Of a stretch of 64,000 bases of DNA, positions 50,001 to 63,788 are shown piece after piece (position 1 is the first letter of the stretch; the number at the start of each line of letters is the position of its first letter). Source of the DNA: Takakia lepidozioides (Eukaryota; Plantae; Bryophyta). The translations under genes and the position numbers were made by a program. The notes under the pieces were generated by a model. That model ran no database searches. It was not told where the DNA came from and worked only from the letters and a program-made list of their open reading frames with translations. The DNA is taken from contig CM060732.1 in NCBI GenBank assembly GCA_030704615.1, positions 62,186,001 through 62,250,000 on the forward strand. The letters are read 5' to 3'.

Positions 50001-53000
50001 GTTCTTCTCTTTCTGTACGATCTTCCATTCTTGATACTTGGGCACACCTGATAGTAATTTGTACAATGTTTGGACAGTGATGGAAGGGTCCAGGTTCCCT
50101 CTATTAACACGTTCATTCCCTTGTTGAGTAACGTGAGGTCCTTATTAATTCCTTCTCCTTCTCCGAGTCTCTGAATCTTGAAGGTCTTTTATGAGATAGT
50201 GGTGGCATGAGCAGGCAATAGCTACAAGGACATCTTGCATTCAAGAAGGCATGGGTCTCAAAGCAGATTGGACTCGGATCAGCAACACCAAACTACTATG
50301 GATGCATATGTGCTTCATGTTGTAAGTCCATGAACATCAGAGGCATAATTTAATGCTAACCAGTACCAGCTTAGAGAGTGTGTACCAGCCGGGGGGATAG
50401 CCCGGTGGGTAGGACATTGGACTGCACTGAAGGTCTTGGATTTAAAGGCAGAATGACTGAACCATCAAGTTCTAGTCATTGCTGGCAGCCTATGTTGGAG
50501 GCTTCATCACCCAATCCACCTCGACTGTGACAAAGGCATCTCCTTGCAAAATTGTTTTATCTAGGGACGTTCAACCCTCTAGGACAAGGGCTGGGGAAAG
50601 AACGTGTCCATCTCTGTACAGGAAGGATTGGACTGGGATAAACAAGGCACATAAGCTGTGTCATCGTAGCTTGCTTGAGTTTGTATGGTGTCCCTTCTGC
50701 AGAATGGTTAATATGAGGGTTTCTCCTCTACAATCTGAGCCAACCTCTTTTCTGATGTGGCGTATGAGGTGCAGCTAAACCATGTCTTCAAAACAAGGGA
50801 TCATGTCACTCACAATAATGAAAAGTTGCATCGTCACCAATCGACTGGGGTTGGTGCAGTGACAGACGTCACAGACCCACCTCGAGATCAAGGGTTCACG
50901 CGTCCCAAGGTTTGGCTGTGCCCTGTTTGAATCTTTATTAATCGTACAATCCCATAGTTCTTGTCGAAAGTTCTTGGATGGCAGTGATAGCTTCCGTTAC
51001 TTGTGTTGCTAAATACTTTGTGGCAGGTGCTTATTTTGTTGCCATTACGAAGTACTGCACTGAAGTTCGTGGAACGCTTGATAAAGCTGGCACCAACCTT
51101 TCAAACGGTTTGTTATTTATCTCCCTTGCTGCCCCCTGTGTATGTTATAGAGTTGCTTTCTTTCTGAGCTTTCCGCGGACGTTATAAAGTACCATTTCAT
51201 TTCATTTCATTTCTTCTTTCTCTCACAGACGTAGTAAATTGCCTTCTGTGTATCTTATTCTGTGTTGTGGTTCTTTGTTCTATGTATGTCCCTTCAACCC
51301 TTTGGCCTGACTATGCAGGTTATCAAGTTACTTTCTTTCCCGTTTCCACACCTCTTTCCAGGTCCTAGGGCCATTTTAGAAATTTTCACACATTTTACTC
51401 GAGATAGGCAAGTGTACTCCGAGAGCAGAGTGAGATGCTAGTGTCTTCTCAGAGAATGCTCCACCTTGTCAAAGAGGCCCTAAGTGCTAGCAGAATATCT
51501 TCATACTGTGCTCCGTCTCTGAGCTTTGCTCAGATGGAATTCTCTCAATGAGAGCATTAATCTTGTTTTTCATTTAGCAATCTTTCTGGAGGTGTCTTTT
51601 GGTCCATACGATTTGGGGCTTCCAGAGGATGTAGTGAATTTCTCTTCTTTTTGGATATGGTATTACCACCATTATCAGGATTGTCTTCTCTTGGCAAGCT
51701 AAGACCAATGAGTACATCCTTTGTCTGTTGCCTGTCGCCGTCTTCCTCCTTTCTCTTTGTTGACGTGTACCTCAAGAATACTTTGATTAAATGTATTACT
51801 CCAATCTGTCAGGGGGATGTGGAGCACAAAGGCAGGTTCTTTGATGATTTTGGTGTAGAGGAGGATGAAGAGGACGCCGATGAAGGAGGAAATGAACCTG
51901 CAGGTGCTGGCACTGCAGGGAAGGAACAAGGGAAGAGAAACAGGTTAACTGGAAAGCCTGCTGATTTCCTGGCTCTGTTCAGTGGAAACAACGATGACCA
52001 TTTCCGGATTGGAATCAAGTTCACGAGGTGGGCTGAGTGTGTTACCTTTGTCTTTAATCCAAAATCGCATCAATAGTAGCCCTTACACCAACCCTCCATG
52101 TTCTGTAACTAGGCTCTGCATAATCTACGAATAGAGTTTGGCGATTTTTATACCCTGGTAGGGAAACGGCCATGACCAGCTCAGGCAGGGGTAGTATACT
52201 CAGGGACGATGCCTCTAGTTGAAGTCATGGCTACTTTCACAAACAATAGTGGATAAGTACATTGTAATACATTTCTTGGCAGCCCATTTGATTTTACAAC
52301 AAATATGACTTTGCTCATGAAACTTTTCTACTGTTCTGGCCGAGTGCCCGATGTTGACGATGTTCATCTCTCTCATACTTCCCTACTCCTAATTCTCCTT
52401 GTGTCCCTAGAGAGACACTGGTGGTTGCAACTTTTGCAGCTTTCTCTTCCATAGGGCCCCTAAAGGAATGTCATAACAACCATTCACATTGACTGGTAAG
52501 TGCATGCGTTCGTTGTCTCTACCCAGCATGGGAGAGACCATGCATCAGTGCAGAAAGCATCTTGGAATCAATTTGGCCCCACATTCCTCGGGGGTTCCCA
52601 GTATGGTTATTGTAGTTCTGATATGATCCCGGTAGGGTTTGAGAGGCAGTCCATCCGCCACTTGATTTTCTTTCTCTCCCTTCAACTCTTCAAATTCTTC
52701 TGAGGGGTCATGTGTATGATCAATAGCTATAACGTTTGTGTGGAGTGTTTCTTTCAGGAAAAGCATAAAACTCTACAGCGATTTCTATTCATCTGACCTC
52801 ATTATTGCTTCACCCATTGGACTTGTGACGGTGAGAACTTTATTGACAGTGTGATAGTTGAGTCTGCTTGTGTTGTAAGACTTGTCTTTATCCTAGCAGA
52901 GTTCACACATGTGAGAAAGATTCTGTAACCTGTCCTCAAATTGTAATCTAACAGGAAGAGGGGACATTCTGGCAAGGAAGTAGTGGCTTTCTCACTCACT

Positions 53001-56000
53001 TTGTGGTTTATGGTATCTGTAGCGGATTGGAGAGGCGGAGAGTGCTAAGAAAGAAGAGAAGCAGGATATTGACTTCCTCTCATCCATTGAGGTGAGCCGA
53101 TTTATAGTGCAGCTCTACATGCTGATGACTAGACTTTTCTTTTTCACTTGCTTTCTGTCTCCTTCATGTGACGCATGTCATTGGCTGTCCTTTGGTGCTT
53201 TGGGTCCCCTGGGGCCCCATGGACATAAGTGATTGCTGTCATGCTATCACTCTTTCTTTCCGCGGACGTTATAAAGCACCATTTCATTCATTTCATTTCC
53301 TTTCAGGGTTCGTTGGACATCATAAGTTTGCTTTGTTCCCTGCACATTACAGAAGTTAAATTGTAGTGGATGGTGGTTGTAGCTTACCATCAATGTCATA
53401 AAACTTTGTTCCACTATGAGGATCAGAAATGCTTGGCAGCTTACCTGCACGAGGCCTTCACCCTTAGACAATCACTCAAACAGTGGTTCTTATTCTTCGC
53501 TTTGGTTTTGTTTCCTCTCTCATGTTTTCTTTCCATTTTCTCCCATAAGCTCTATGAGCTTTCTGCGGACGTTATAAAGCACCATTTCATTTCATTTCTT
53601 TCTGTGTCTGGTCTTTTTGTGGATGTTATTGTTTCTTTCTGTATCTGCCTTCTCCATGGATGTGATCAAGTTCCTATTTTCAGACGTAATAAACTTCTTT
53701 CTATTTTCCTTTCTCTTTCCTCTCTCACACGCACGTAACCTCCAATCCACTAACTGGAGTGCCATCTGTTGTGCGACAGCTACATTTAAGGTCTGGCTAA
53801 CTTCTATACTGTGGTGGTAGCAAGAACTTGAGCTGCTCCAGTTTATTTGCCAGACTCTATTGTTGCTACTTATGCCATAGCAAAGTGAATAGTCCATGAG
53901 TAACGCATTTTGTCTCTTCCTCTTTCACACCTTTTCCCCCATGTTATCCATCACTATACTTAGATTTGGAAAAGGTTGGTGCACTGTATTATGTCTTTGG
54001 ATGTTGTTGACAAATCAAGAGGTTTGGTGTTGGTCACAGATAGTGGTGCTGGACTACGCAGATGTTATACTGATGCAGGTTCCTCCCCCCCTTCACCACA
54101 TAGCTTCCACTCAAATGAATGTTGTTCTCTGAACAAGCATCCGTCTCTCTTTGTCTGTCTCTCCCATTCTGCTTGTCTCTCACATTTATATCCACCCTTC
54201 AAGACAGAATGTGTAGTGCAAGAGTCAAGGGGGAACCGAAGCTCTGATTTCACTGCCACCTTAAGTCAGTTACATTGCTGCCGTTCTTCATTGCCATGTG
54301 AACCTGAAAATATCAGAATGGGGTTGCAGAATTGGTCGCATGTGGTGTCTGTTTTTGATCACCTCAATCGCTTACCTACTCAACAGCACGGCACTGACTT
54401 CATGCGCATCCGAGAATGGTGGGTTGTGTGGGATGGTTTCGTCTCTGTTCTGACCTAAAGTATTTTCTGTCACTTACATATGTTGGTAATACATGTACAG
54501 ATATACAGAAATGTGTTTTTGTATGCTTGCTTGTTTATATGCATGCTATGATGATTCTCATGGATACATGTATGTGCAAGTGTCATGAATGCTAGTACGT
54601 GTGGTTGAGCCTGGTTGTGACAGGTATCTGAATGGTCATGCACGTCATTATCGCCAAACGATCGTTCTTTCTGCTTTTCCTGATGCAGGTTGGAACTGTC
54701 GCTGTTGCAATTTCCAGTCGCATCTTTCTTTTGGAGGGATAGCAAAGATGTGAGGAGTCAGAGACAGAGGTTGTCAAGCACAGAGGCGGCAGCCAGTGCA
54801 TTCAAGTCGTTTCCCAAATTAGTAATGTAGTATCAATTCTGGAAGGCATGCCAGCAGATGGAGACCAGAGTTATAGAGAAATGAAATGGTACTTAATAAC
54901 GTCTGTGGAAAGCTCAAGAGCTAAGTGGACAAGAATGAAATGAAATGGTACTTTATAACAAGAGAAAGCATGAAACAAGAAAGAGGGGGCCCTTCACAAG
55001 CAGCCCTAAAAACAACTATTGTTCCAGGGGTTGTCTAAGAGACAACGCCGCGTGCAGATATGCTGCTAAGCATTTCTCATCCTCATAATGGAAGTCGTCT
55101 GTGAGAGATGGAGTACCTCGGATCTCATAGTAGAGAGGGCAGTGGAAGGAATATTCTTCACTTTCGATTTCCCTGTTTTTCCACCGCAAGCAGGGCACAG
55201 CAGTCCTCAATTGCAGATTGTCCCACCCACCAGTCAGTATCCGCAGACTGTGGGAGCCCACCCTAAACCTCCCAAATACCCTCAGACGAGAGGGAGATAA
55301 ACCTGCTGACAGGTAATTGGGCATGTTTGCCTGACATAAGTTCCATAAGTTCTCGTCCGATGCATCTGTTGTGGTCCTGCTTGGACAAATTTCCATCCCC
55401 TCAATATTTTGTGGCAGTAGGGAAGCAACGGTGCGTATGTGATGCTCAAAAGAAACTACATCTGCAATCCCCAAGGGATCTGTAGGGATGGCAGGACGTT
55501 CAGAGTTCAGACATTACATGATAATCTTTTCTGACTTGTGCATACAAAGACTGATCCATACAAGTCAGCTGAAGATAATCTTTTATTTGTGTAGGTGTGA
55601 ATGCGCTCTTTTATCGAAGTTGTCCCAATCATGCAGGCAAGGTATGCAGTCAGACACTTGCAGTCACCTTGTTATTTCAAATAATTGCTGAAGATGTGCT
55701 ATTTATGTGTCACATTTTTGAGGAATCAAATTTGAAGAACTAGAGAACAGTAGAGAATGTAGTCAAAATTCCAAAGTTGGCTTACTCTTGTGTTGAGGGT
55801 TTGTGCACCCTTGGATCACCAGGTCAGAACTGAGAGAGAACCACCTGAACAGATGGTATAGTTAGCACTTTCAACGTTTTTTCATTTGAACCAGGGGGCT
55901 TTGTGCCTTTTCAACCCGGATTGCTGGCTAATGACAAAGTAGCTGTGGGATGACACTGATAGATGACTGGATCTGAAACAAAGCCCAAGATTCTAGACCG

Positions 56001-59000
56001 ATTTGGAAATGCATATGGTTACCACCTTGGTGACAGAGACAGACAATCATTGATCTTATGGAGCTCTGGGTGACCATCAACTTGTGGTTTTATAATGGCA
56101 GATAAAGTTGCAATGTGACAGTACTGGAGTGCTATCCAAAGTGGTGCTCCAAGTGCGCCAGGTCACTCTTGCCTTCACCTATTGCCCTCTATTCTTCTGT
56201 GCTGTCCTTAGTTTGAATGTTGTCAGATTTGCCACACTATTTGAGGCTTATTGGTGTTAGCTGTATGTTGGTTGGCAATTGTGGGCTGTGGTAGAACTGT
56301 ATATATTGTTAGTCTTTGTCATATGCACTGGCACTTTCTTGTCTGACATGAGCTACATGCTGGTTGTAAGATTTTATATCTGCAACTCACTTGATGTGGA
56401 TCACCATACTGACAGGCTATTTTGATTCCAATAGAAGTATTGTGGCTTCATTAACATTTTGTCAATAACCCGTGAAGCCAGATTACCCTGAACGTATTTT
56501 GTGTGGCAGGTGTACGAGAGATTTGATTGCCAATCAATTACAGACGTTGATGATGCTCGTTTCAACGTTTTTGTTAAACAGGTAGTGTGGGAGGGGTTTC
56601 ATTTCTTCAGTTTCAGAGCACAAGCAAGGCAGCAGTAGTAGAATTTTCCCCTGACAAGTACACCAGCCTGTTGGCTTCACTGAGGCAGTGACTTCATCTA
56701 GTGACCTCCATTTGATTTCATGATACACTCTGTTTGGCTCTGTGACATAGTGGCCACTTGACCTTTACTACTGACATAGTGACTGAAAAAATGCACTGCT
56801 TAGTAACTTGCCAACTGCATGGGTCCCAAAGTGAATTAGGAATATTAGTGGCCCCAAGATTGTAGCACGGTTGTGTTTCATGGAGATAGAAGGCATGTAC
56901 TGAAGTATGGAATATTGTCTCTCTGGTTGACCTGCAGGTTTTTCCACGCATCAAGAATTCTTTGCAGGTCCTCAAACACTCCTGTCTCTTGAGGCGTAGT
57001 CCTATAATTTGGTTACTGTAATTATGTCCTCACAATGCCAGATCCACCAATGTGTGGACACAGAAGTTAGACTCGGCCCTGTGAACCAAAAATTTATATT
57101 CTCTCTTGTGTATGCTTGTTCAAACTGGGCAGTGTCTATGGCGACAGGGTTCTGGCAAGCAATGTCTAACAATCTGTCTTGCTGTTTCCCTGAACTTGTT
57201 TCCAGTTTGTGACATGGGTGAGGACCCTAAGGATCATCTGAGGGGCCTACCTACCTACCCTCAGCAGTAGACTGAAATCTAAACTGCGGGTTGGGAGTGT
57301 ACCTTTGAACAATAAACAGATGCAGAGAGGAAAGGGAGATTTTCATCGTGGGGGGGGCCAAAGACAATATCCATTTTCTGATACAATGTTCGGGTCTTCT
57401 CATCAGAGAGCGAACCTCTTCGTAGGACCATCAAGAACATAGTCCCTTCACCTCTCTCTGTTCACCCACTTTCAAAATCTCGAGGCTGAGCCTAAAGCCC
57501 TCCCCCTGTTGGGTCTAATTGCTGGGCAGTTCACACACAGCAGATTGATGCTTGTGTGAAGGGCTTTCTTGGGGAAATCTGGAAAGCCCGAACCAATTGT
57601 TTATACCAAGATAAGTGCCACTACTGGAGTGAGCTCTTGTTCTACTCAAACTAGGCACGGTGTCTATGGCCACAAGTCTACGGTCAGAACATCTCAAGAG
57701 TACATTCTCTCTCCCTTGCTGTTTGCAGGGTGGGGTAATGCTTTTCACTCGGTCATATTTTGACTTTGTTCGGCTACGGAACTTTTTGAAATCTGAGAAT
57801 GCCTCATTTTGCCTGCTTGGAGAGTAAGTCATCTTTTCCCATAAGCTATGGACATCCATTTCATTTCTTTCTTTCTCTTAGATTGTAAAGTACCATTTCA
57901 TTTCATTTCTTAGATTTAGAGTGCTCAAGCATTTCATTTCTTATTCTCCATCTTATTCGGCCCAGAGTGGGTGCAGGCAAGGTCTCTGGCCACAAGGCTA
58001 TTGTAAACAACGTCTCACCAGTACATTCTTATTTTTCCATCTTCTGATGACAACATCATTCTAGCTATGTAGTTGATAATTCATCATACTATATAGGCCT
58101 AGATATCGTTTATCCGTAGAGTCAAGCATAATTGAGGGTTGCAGCAACATTTGTGGGCCTTATGTTCTTAGCCTTATGGGCTGGTGATACTTGGAGCAGT
58201 GCTGTGTTGTCACAGTCGAGCTCCTCTTTTTCTTTCGATCTAGCGATGTCTATGTTCTCATCAGCTTTGTGATCCAAGGAAATATGGGCGGTTTCATACG
58301 CAAGGAGAGAATAATTAAACAAGAAAGGAACTTCATGTCCATAAAAATGCAAAGAGCTTTTGGGAGGAAGTCAGAAGAAATCTGATATGCCGGCAGGAGA
58401 CAGATACATCCGATGGCGATGGATCGTCCATGGTGGAGTCACTAGATTGAAAAACAGAGACATATGCTAACGTCTGTAAGTTTACTTGTCTTGGTTGTGC
58501 TGGTTTGGCTTGTGAAGGTACACCAAGCAAAGTGACATATCACGGGGCCGTTCATGGTTTTATCATGGCAAGCGGCGGATAATGGTGTATACTGAGCGCT
58601 CCCATTTCTACCACCGTTACAAGGTGTCTTTGCCATTTGGACTTCAGCCCCTTCCACAGTTGAATTGCAGTTGTATGCTTAAAGTGGCTGGTTGTTGGAG
58701 GCCCTACTCTCCTGTTAATTATGTCTCCTCTTTTGTTTGTCCCATAATCTCTTTGAGGGAGGTTATATGGTGCCTTTCTTTCTTCATACCTTTCATTTCT
58801 TTTTGACCTGCTTAACTCGAGCAATTTTGAAATGATCAAGGGATTTCTGTAGCTCCTGTAGATAGATGACTGGTTACAGAACTGCAGCCACCCAGCCTTA
58901 GACAGGGCCACTAGAGGAAGAATCAGGCCAGTAGCCTCAATTGGTTTATGAGGCACATAAGGTTTTGCATTGGCTTGGGTGGGGTCAGTCCTCATCTTTG

Positions 59001-60450
59001 ACTATCTGAAACTGTGATTGCAGATAAGGGGCATCCGGGATCTTATCTTCTATTCACTGCCTTACCACGCCCACTTTTATTCCGAGGTAGGGTCTCATGC
59101 TTTGGTTTTGATTTGTGGTTAACAGTGTGATTGTCAGTACGGCCAAAGTATGTCACATGTGTTAGAACCTTATAGAGGGACTATACAGAATCACCCTATG
59201 CATTTTACCATGATGTTGATGTCCCCATTAAGCACTCTCGGGATTGTCGTTGGCTCCTGCAACTTTCAGGTTGAGTCTCAGTTGAAATTGCACAACCAGC
59301 TCCTGGAGGATTGTATCCAACAGGGACTACGGCCTTCCTGGTGTGACATAGCCCACTTTCACAGGAACAGGGAACTAGTACATTCTCATCTTCAGCTGAA
59401 GTCCTTCTCCAGTGACCTTAAAACTAACCGGCATTTGTGCAGACAGACTTCAGTTGCAGACATTCAAACATACAGAACCCCAAAATGCATTGTATGCATT
59501 TATCTGAATATTGAGCTTATGAGTGTTGAGAAACTTTGAATATGGTCTTTTACACTGCTTTGGTTTTGAACATCGCACACAGAAGGCCAGTTTTACCATC
59601 GTCTGTGTATAGTGTAATCTGCTCACAAAGAATGAGGGTTGATGATGATGAATAACATGGATTCCGGAGTCACTTAATTAGATTTCTAGCTTGACACAAA
59701 CAAAAGACCACTTCAGAGAACATCAAAGGAGAGAGATGTACTCCTTACTTTTGAGTGATTTGTGTTTGCATATGTGAAAAACATAACTGGGCATTGTTGT
59801 TGGTTGGTGCCATTACATATTTGTGTGGTGAAGGTAGCTTGGGATTAATTCATACTTGGGGGGTTTTCAATCTGTATTAGCAAGAGTTGGGACGTTGAAG
59901 TGAGGGAAGGAAGGAGGGAAAGGAGAACCATGTCACGTGTATGTCAAATAATGTTCCTCAAAATGTGTCGCTATAGGCCTTTTGCCCAGTTTAAACAGAG
60001 AAGAGAAGCATGAACAAGGGTGGAGAGCATAATGGACGACAGTTGCTGACAACGTACTCTAATAGTTGCTTAACTGTAGAGAAGTGTGAAGAGTCAGAGA
60101 CTAACTTTTTATTCGCACAGATCTCAAATTTGCTGGAGGGAGTTGAGAATCCATCATGCACTGTCCTATTCTCCAAGTTCGACAATCTTCAGGTATATAG
60201 AGAAGAAGATCCTGTCTGGCTCTTTCCTGTTGACCAAATTTTTTGCTTCAGCTGATGTTAAGATACTCGTTCACCTGTGCTGTCTTCTATCTGGCAGTCA
60301 TGAACCAGCTGTTTGAGGGTTCCTTCTCTTTGCATACTGAAACTCTTGAGACGAGTTGTTTTGGTGTTCAAACAGCTGGAGCGCATTGTAGGGTCATCAC
60401 GCGCACAGCGTATGCTGAGTTCAACAAATCGGACCTTCATGTTTTGTTAG
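47052..60450 (+). CDS. UTP25: U3 snoRNA-associated protein 25 (UTP25/DIEXF/NOF1), about 24 exons
   Basis: Exons: 47052-47172, 48014-48158, 48457-48575, 48925-49132 (donor uncertain), 49563-49713, 49891-50014, 50215-50321, 50775-50909, 51027-51107, 51813-52027, 52758-52830, 53023-53091, 54040-54078, 54330-54418, 54624-54688, 55595-55641, 56102-56161, 56510-56581, 56938-56967, 57729-57823, 58518-58623, 59024-59086, 60121-60192, 60376-60450. Motifs RDQGFTRPKVLILLP, FSGNNDDHFRIGIK, LYSDFYSSDLIIASP.GL, DFLSSIE, MQNWSHV, DFMRIREWYL, SYFDFVRLRNF, YTERSHFYHRY.IRG, LERIVG. Confidence 0.95.
50391..50446 (+). pseudogene. Degenerate tRNA(Cys)-like fragment or SINE head
   Basis: GGGGGGATAGCCCGGTGGGTAGGACATTGGACTGCA resembles the 5' half of tRNA-Cys(GCA); B-box and acceptor 3' strand decayed. 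Confidence 0.35.
51120..51212 (+). mobile_element. LINE family A 3' end
   Basis: GAGCTTTCCGCGGACGTTATAAAGTAC(CATTT)4. Confidence 0.75.
53255..53598 (+). mobile_element. Two LINE family A 3' fragments
   Basis: 53255-53300 tail only; 53405-53598 encodes FHYEDQKCLAAYLHEAFTLRQSL plus hairpin and tail. Confidence 0.85.
54877..55322 (-). mobile_element. LINE family A 3' fragments (nested pair)
   Basis: ORF 55016-55474 includes GRFRVGSHSLRI.TG.W and FHYEDEKCLAAYLH; two GAAATG tails. Confidence 0.85.
57150..57704 (+). mobile_element. LINE family B 3' fragment in a UTP25 intron
   Basis: Similar to 43490-44086 (CCCTGAACTTGTTTCCAG, CAGCAGATTGATGCTTGTGTG); ends GAGTACA about 24 nt before the exon acceptor. 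Confidence 0.85.
57835..58025 (+). mobile_element. Stacked LINE 3' ends (family A tails plus one family B end)
   Basis: CATTTCATTTC tails at ~57857, ~57894 and ~57930; GGCCACAAGGCTA...AGTACA at 57988-58025. Confidence 0.65.
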
Positions 60451-61102
60451 TGGGGGTGACTACACAGAACAGAACTTTGCCTGCCAGCAATAAAAAACTC
60501 CTTCCTCTGTAGAAAGTAGTAATAACAATTTGGAGCACTTCACTTGAAGGTGCCAACACATTTTTGTGTAGTTTTTAGTCTTGTGCAGCCTCAGGCTCTT
60601 TGGAGAGATGTGGGAGCTTAGATGTCGTTCTCTCACCGCCTGTAAAGCACTCATTCAATTTATCATGTTTTGTGCCAAATTCCTTCTGATGTTCTGCTCC
60701 TTTTTCCTCTTTCTGGTCCATCTCTCAAAACATCTAGGAAGGATAAAGCTGCAAACTGAGATCGATGGAGGAGGTCGGGTATCATCAAGGTTTTTCAGTG
60801 TCTGAAGCTGGAGTATGAACTAGAAGATGCTCCGAGCAAATTATACCATGGAAGATTCTATCTGTGAGCATCAAATTAAACTTTTGAGACAATTTGACTT
60901 TGTGCATTGGCTAAGAACGCCTTGTCGAGAATTTGAAGTATTCACATTCTCAGCTGCCAAGGACCACATCAAAGAAACAGAAGACCCATCTTGTGATGAA
61001 GATGCATGCAGTTTGTGAGGCGAAGATGGTATGTACAGATGATGGCAGGTGGAACGGACAGAGCTCTGGCTCGTAATGTGCGCAGCGAATTCCACGGGAA
61101 AT

Positions 61103-61479
61103 TAGAGTTATCCGTAAAGTGAGCCTGCGTTTGGTACCCTGTTTGGACCCGAGTTACGGTTTCATCCTGAGTTTGAGTTAATCCGTAAAGTGCAGAAAAC
61201 TGAGCACGAAGTCAGAAAAGAGGGCACCAAATCATAAACTGGGGATGAGGGCAACCGCTGCTATGGCGCGAGCTCGTGAGCTCTGACCGCCTTCGCCTCG
61301 AGACGACTAACAAAACTCGGCACCAAACTCTTTTCACCCCCATTTTCCTAGTCCTGGCAGTTTGGTCCCGTGTTTTTTTGTAGTCGTACCGCTTGATCCT
61401 GAGTTTCGAGTTTCATACCGAGTTTTGGCCAAACTCAGGGTTCTCATGCCGAGTTTGGGACCCTTTACGGATTACTCTA
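61103..61479. mobile_element. MITE with TAGAG termini and 27-bp flanking direct repeat
   Basis: TIR TAGAGTTATCCGTAAAG / CTTTACGGATTACTCTA; internal GAGTTT/AAACTC repeats; flanks ATGTGCGCAGCGAATTCCACGGGA(A/C)AT at 61076-61102 and 61480-61506. Confidence 0.88.
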
Positions 61480-61716
61480 ATGTGCGCAGCGAATTCCACG
61501 GGACATTGAGAGCGATGAGAGAGAGACAGACTGTGCGTGTGTGTGTGAGAGATATTCTAAAACCCTAATCTCTTGTACGAGGGTGGAAGTTGGAAAGAGA
61601 AGGAGTAGGTACATCCGCTGTCCGAAGCATTCGATGGTTCTTCCCAACTGATTGCGATATTTTGGGCGCTAAGTGCTTGAGCCCATTGATTCACAGGCCT
61701 AGTTCTTCACTGCGTG

Positions 61717-63788
61717 ATGGGGTTTAGTCTCCTGCAACAGCAGAGTTTGATCTCAAGTCTGGATGCGAGAAACCATTCTTGTGCGCATAGGAGTAGTAGT
61801 GGAAAGTCCACATTCTTCAGCTCGAAGGCGACCACTGCCGATAGTTTTCCAAAGATTCCAGAGAGAAAAAAGAAACCACTCTCGGTGGTAGCAGCAGGGA
61901 AAGAGTGTGTTAAAAAAGCTGCGCGAAAATGGCTGAGCAACCAACACCATGTTGAGCTTAGAATTACAGAGTACGGCTTCCCACCTCCACGCCTCCTTCC
62001 CCAAAAGCCTCCCACTCTTTTGTCATCTACTGCCGCCAGGTATTTGAATTCCAGCAACGTGTGTGATGATGATGCTGCCGCTGCTCATAGTTCTTGTAAG
62101 GAAAAAAAGAGATCGCTGTTTGCGAAAGCTGCCCGGAAGCTTACGAGTTCAGGTCGAAAGAGATCGACTACAGCACGCAGGGATCATGGGCTAATTGAAG
62201 ATGCCGGTGTTTTGGAAGTATTTGATGAAGGTGGGTGTGAGACGAAGTACATTCCTTGTGCAGCTAGAGGCTCTGACAAGTCCTCTGGAGGGCATTCAGG
62301 AAAAGCTAAAATTGTTCTTGGTGCGAGTGCCTCCGCAGCCCTTGCTGTGAAGGGGGTTCAACTGATGAATGCTCGAAATACTCACAGTGGGCTTGAAGCT
62401 AATCTGGGCTCCGGAAACTCTGGAAATGGGAATGGTGGCTGGGGGGGAGGGGGAGGAGGGAATGGAGACGGTAGTGGAAATTTCGATGCAGGTAGTGGTG
62501 AGAGCTTTTATGGGGATTTAGTCTACCCGGCTGACAGTCAGGACGATGACGTACCCAATTATTCAGAAAGTGGGGAAAGTTTCGAGCAGGGGGAGGTTAT
62601 AAAGCATTTGCAGGTCGAGACAGCTTTCAGAAGCAGGAATTTGGGCATGTTAGCATCCCTGAGTTCTGCTGCTGGGGAGTCCATCGATGGAGAGGCCCCA
62701 TTTGGTGACGATGGTCCAAAGGGCCGGTCTATCAGGAATGGACTCGGAGAGGAAGTCGATCACATTGCCAATCATATGAGATCCGTAGGCCCTTACACGA
62801 GTGTGAAGGTACCTTCCAAGACTCCTGGGGCTAATTTAGAGATCCACCCGGGGGGCTCAGCTGGCGGTGTTCCTGGCGGCTACTATGAGAGAGAGAGGGA
62901 AGGTGCAAGGGCGCAAGACTGTTTAAATTTCCTCGACCCCACAGATTCTGTGAATGATGGCACATTCCATCAAAAAAGTGCAGGCATTGGCGATGGAGAC
63001 CCTCGCGAGAGGGATTACAGACTGCATGATGGCTCTGCTGAAGCCAGCCCTTCTCGCCCTTCAGCATCGTCCTCCTATGGTAAGCCGAAAGTATTGAAGA
63101 AGGTTGTTGGAGATAGTCAAACCCACTGTATACCAGTCCCAATTTATAGCTGTAGGCAACCTTCTGAGAGATCCTATTCTGGGCTGCTGAACTACCTTAC
63201 AGATCACCTTGTTACCTCTGGAGATACACATGTAGCTGACTTGTAAACAAAAAGTTCCAAAAACACCTAAGTTGCACTTATTTTAATTCATGGCCTCTCC
63301 TGCTATTTCCACATTTTCCCTTCCTGAGAATCACATGCGAAGCATCCCTGGAAAAGGCAAGCTTTCATTTTTCCCGATCTGGGTCGAAACGGATATGACA
63401 TGACAGAAGGTGGGCCTTAGTTTGATTCATTTGTGCAGGGGGGGATGCCAGAGTGAGACCACATGGTCATAAACATCTACTGAGCCTCCCCAACCAGCTC
63501 TTAAAGTGCACACAGTGGGGTTCTCCGGGGGCTGGGGGCTGTATTCCAGGTGGCGGCCCTGTGGCAATGGGGCAAGACGAAGGGCGTCACTCTGACTTCT
63601 TTGATTGGTTTGCTGGGCTCTTCCATTCCGTAGGGTCGAAACGGACAGATGGGCAGGGGAGTTCCAGAGGGGCAGGGAAGGCCAGGGAACAAAGAGAGAG
63701 AGAAGCATTGGCTTTGGAGGCCGCCGAAATGGCATTGCTGTTACTTGGGGACAGAAGTGGAGATGAGGCTTTTGTCAAGCGGTCAGAG
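61717..63788 (+). CDS. Unknown protein, probably plastid-targeted, with a polyglycine stretch; 5' part, likely continues beyond the window
   Basis: Long ORF from ATG 61717 with Ser/Lys-rich N-terminus; donor G|GTAAGC after 63079 joins in frame to acceptor TGCAG|63439, with exon 2 to 63788; telo-box AAACCCTAA at ~61560. Unspliced, the ORF would stop at 63246. Confidence 0.7.
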
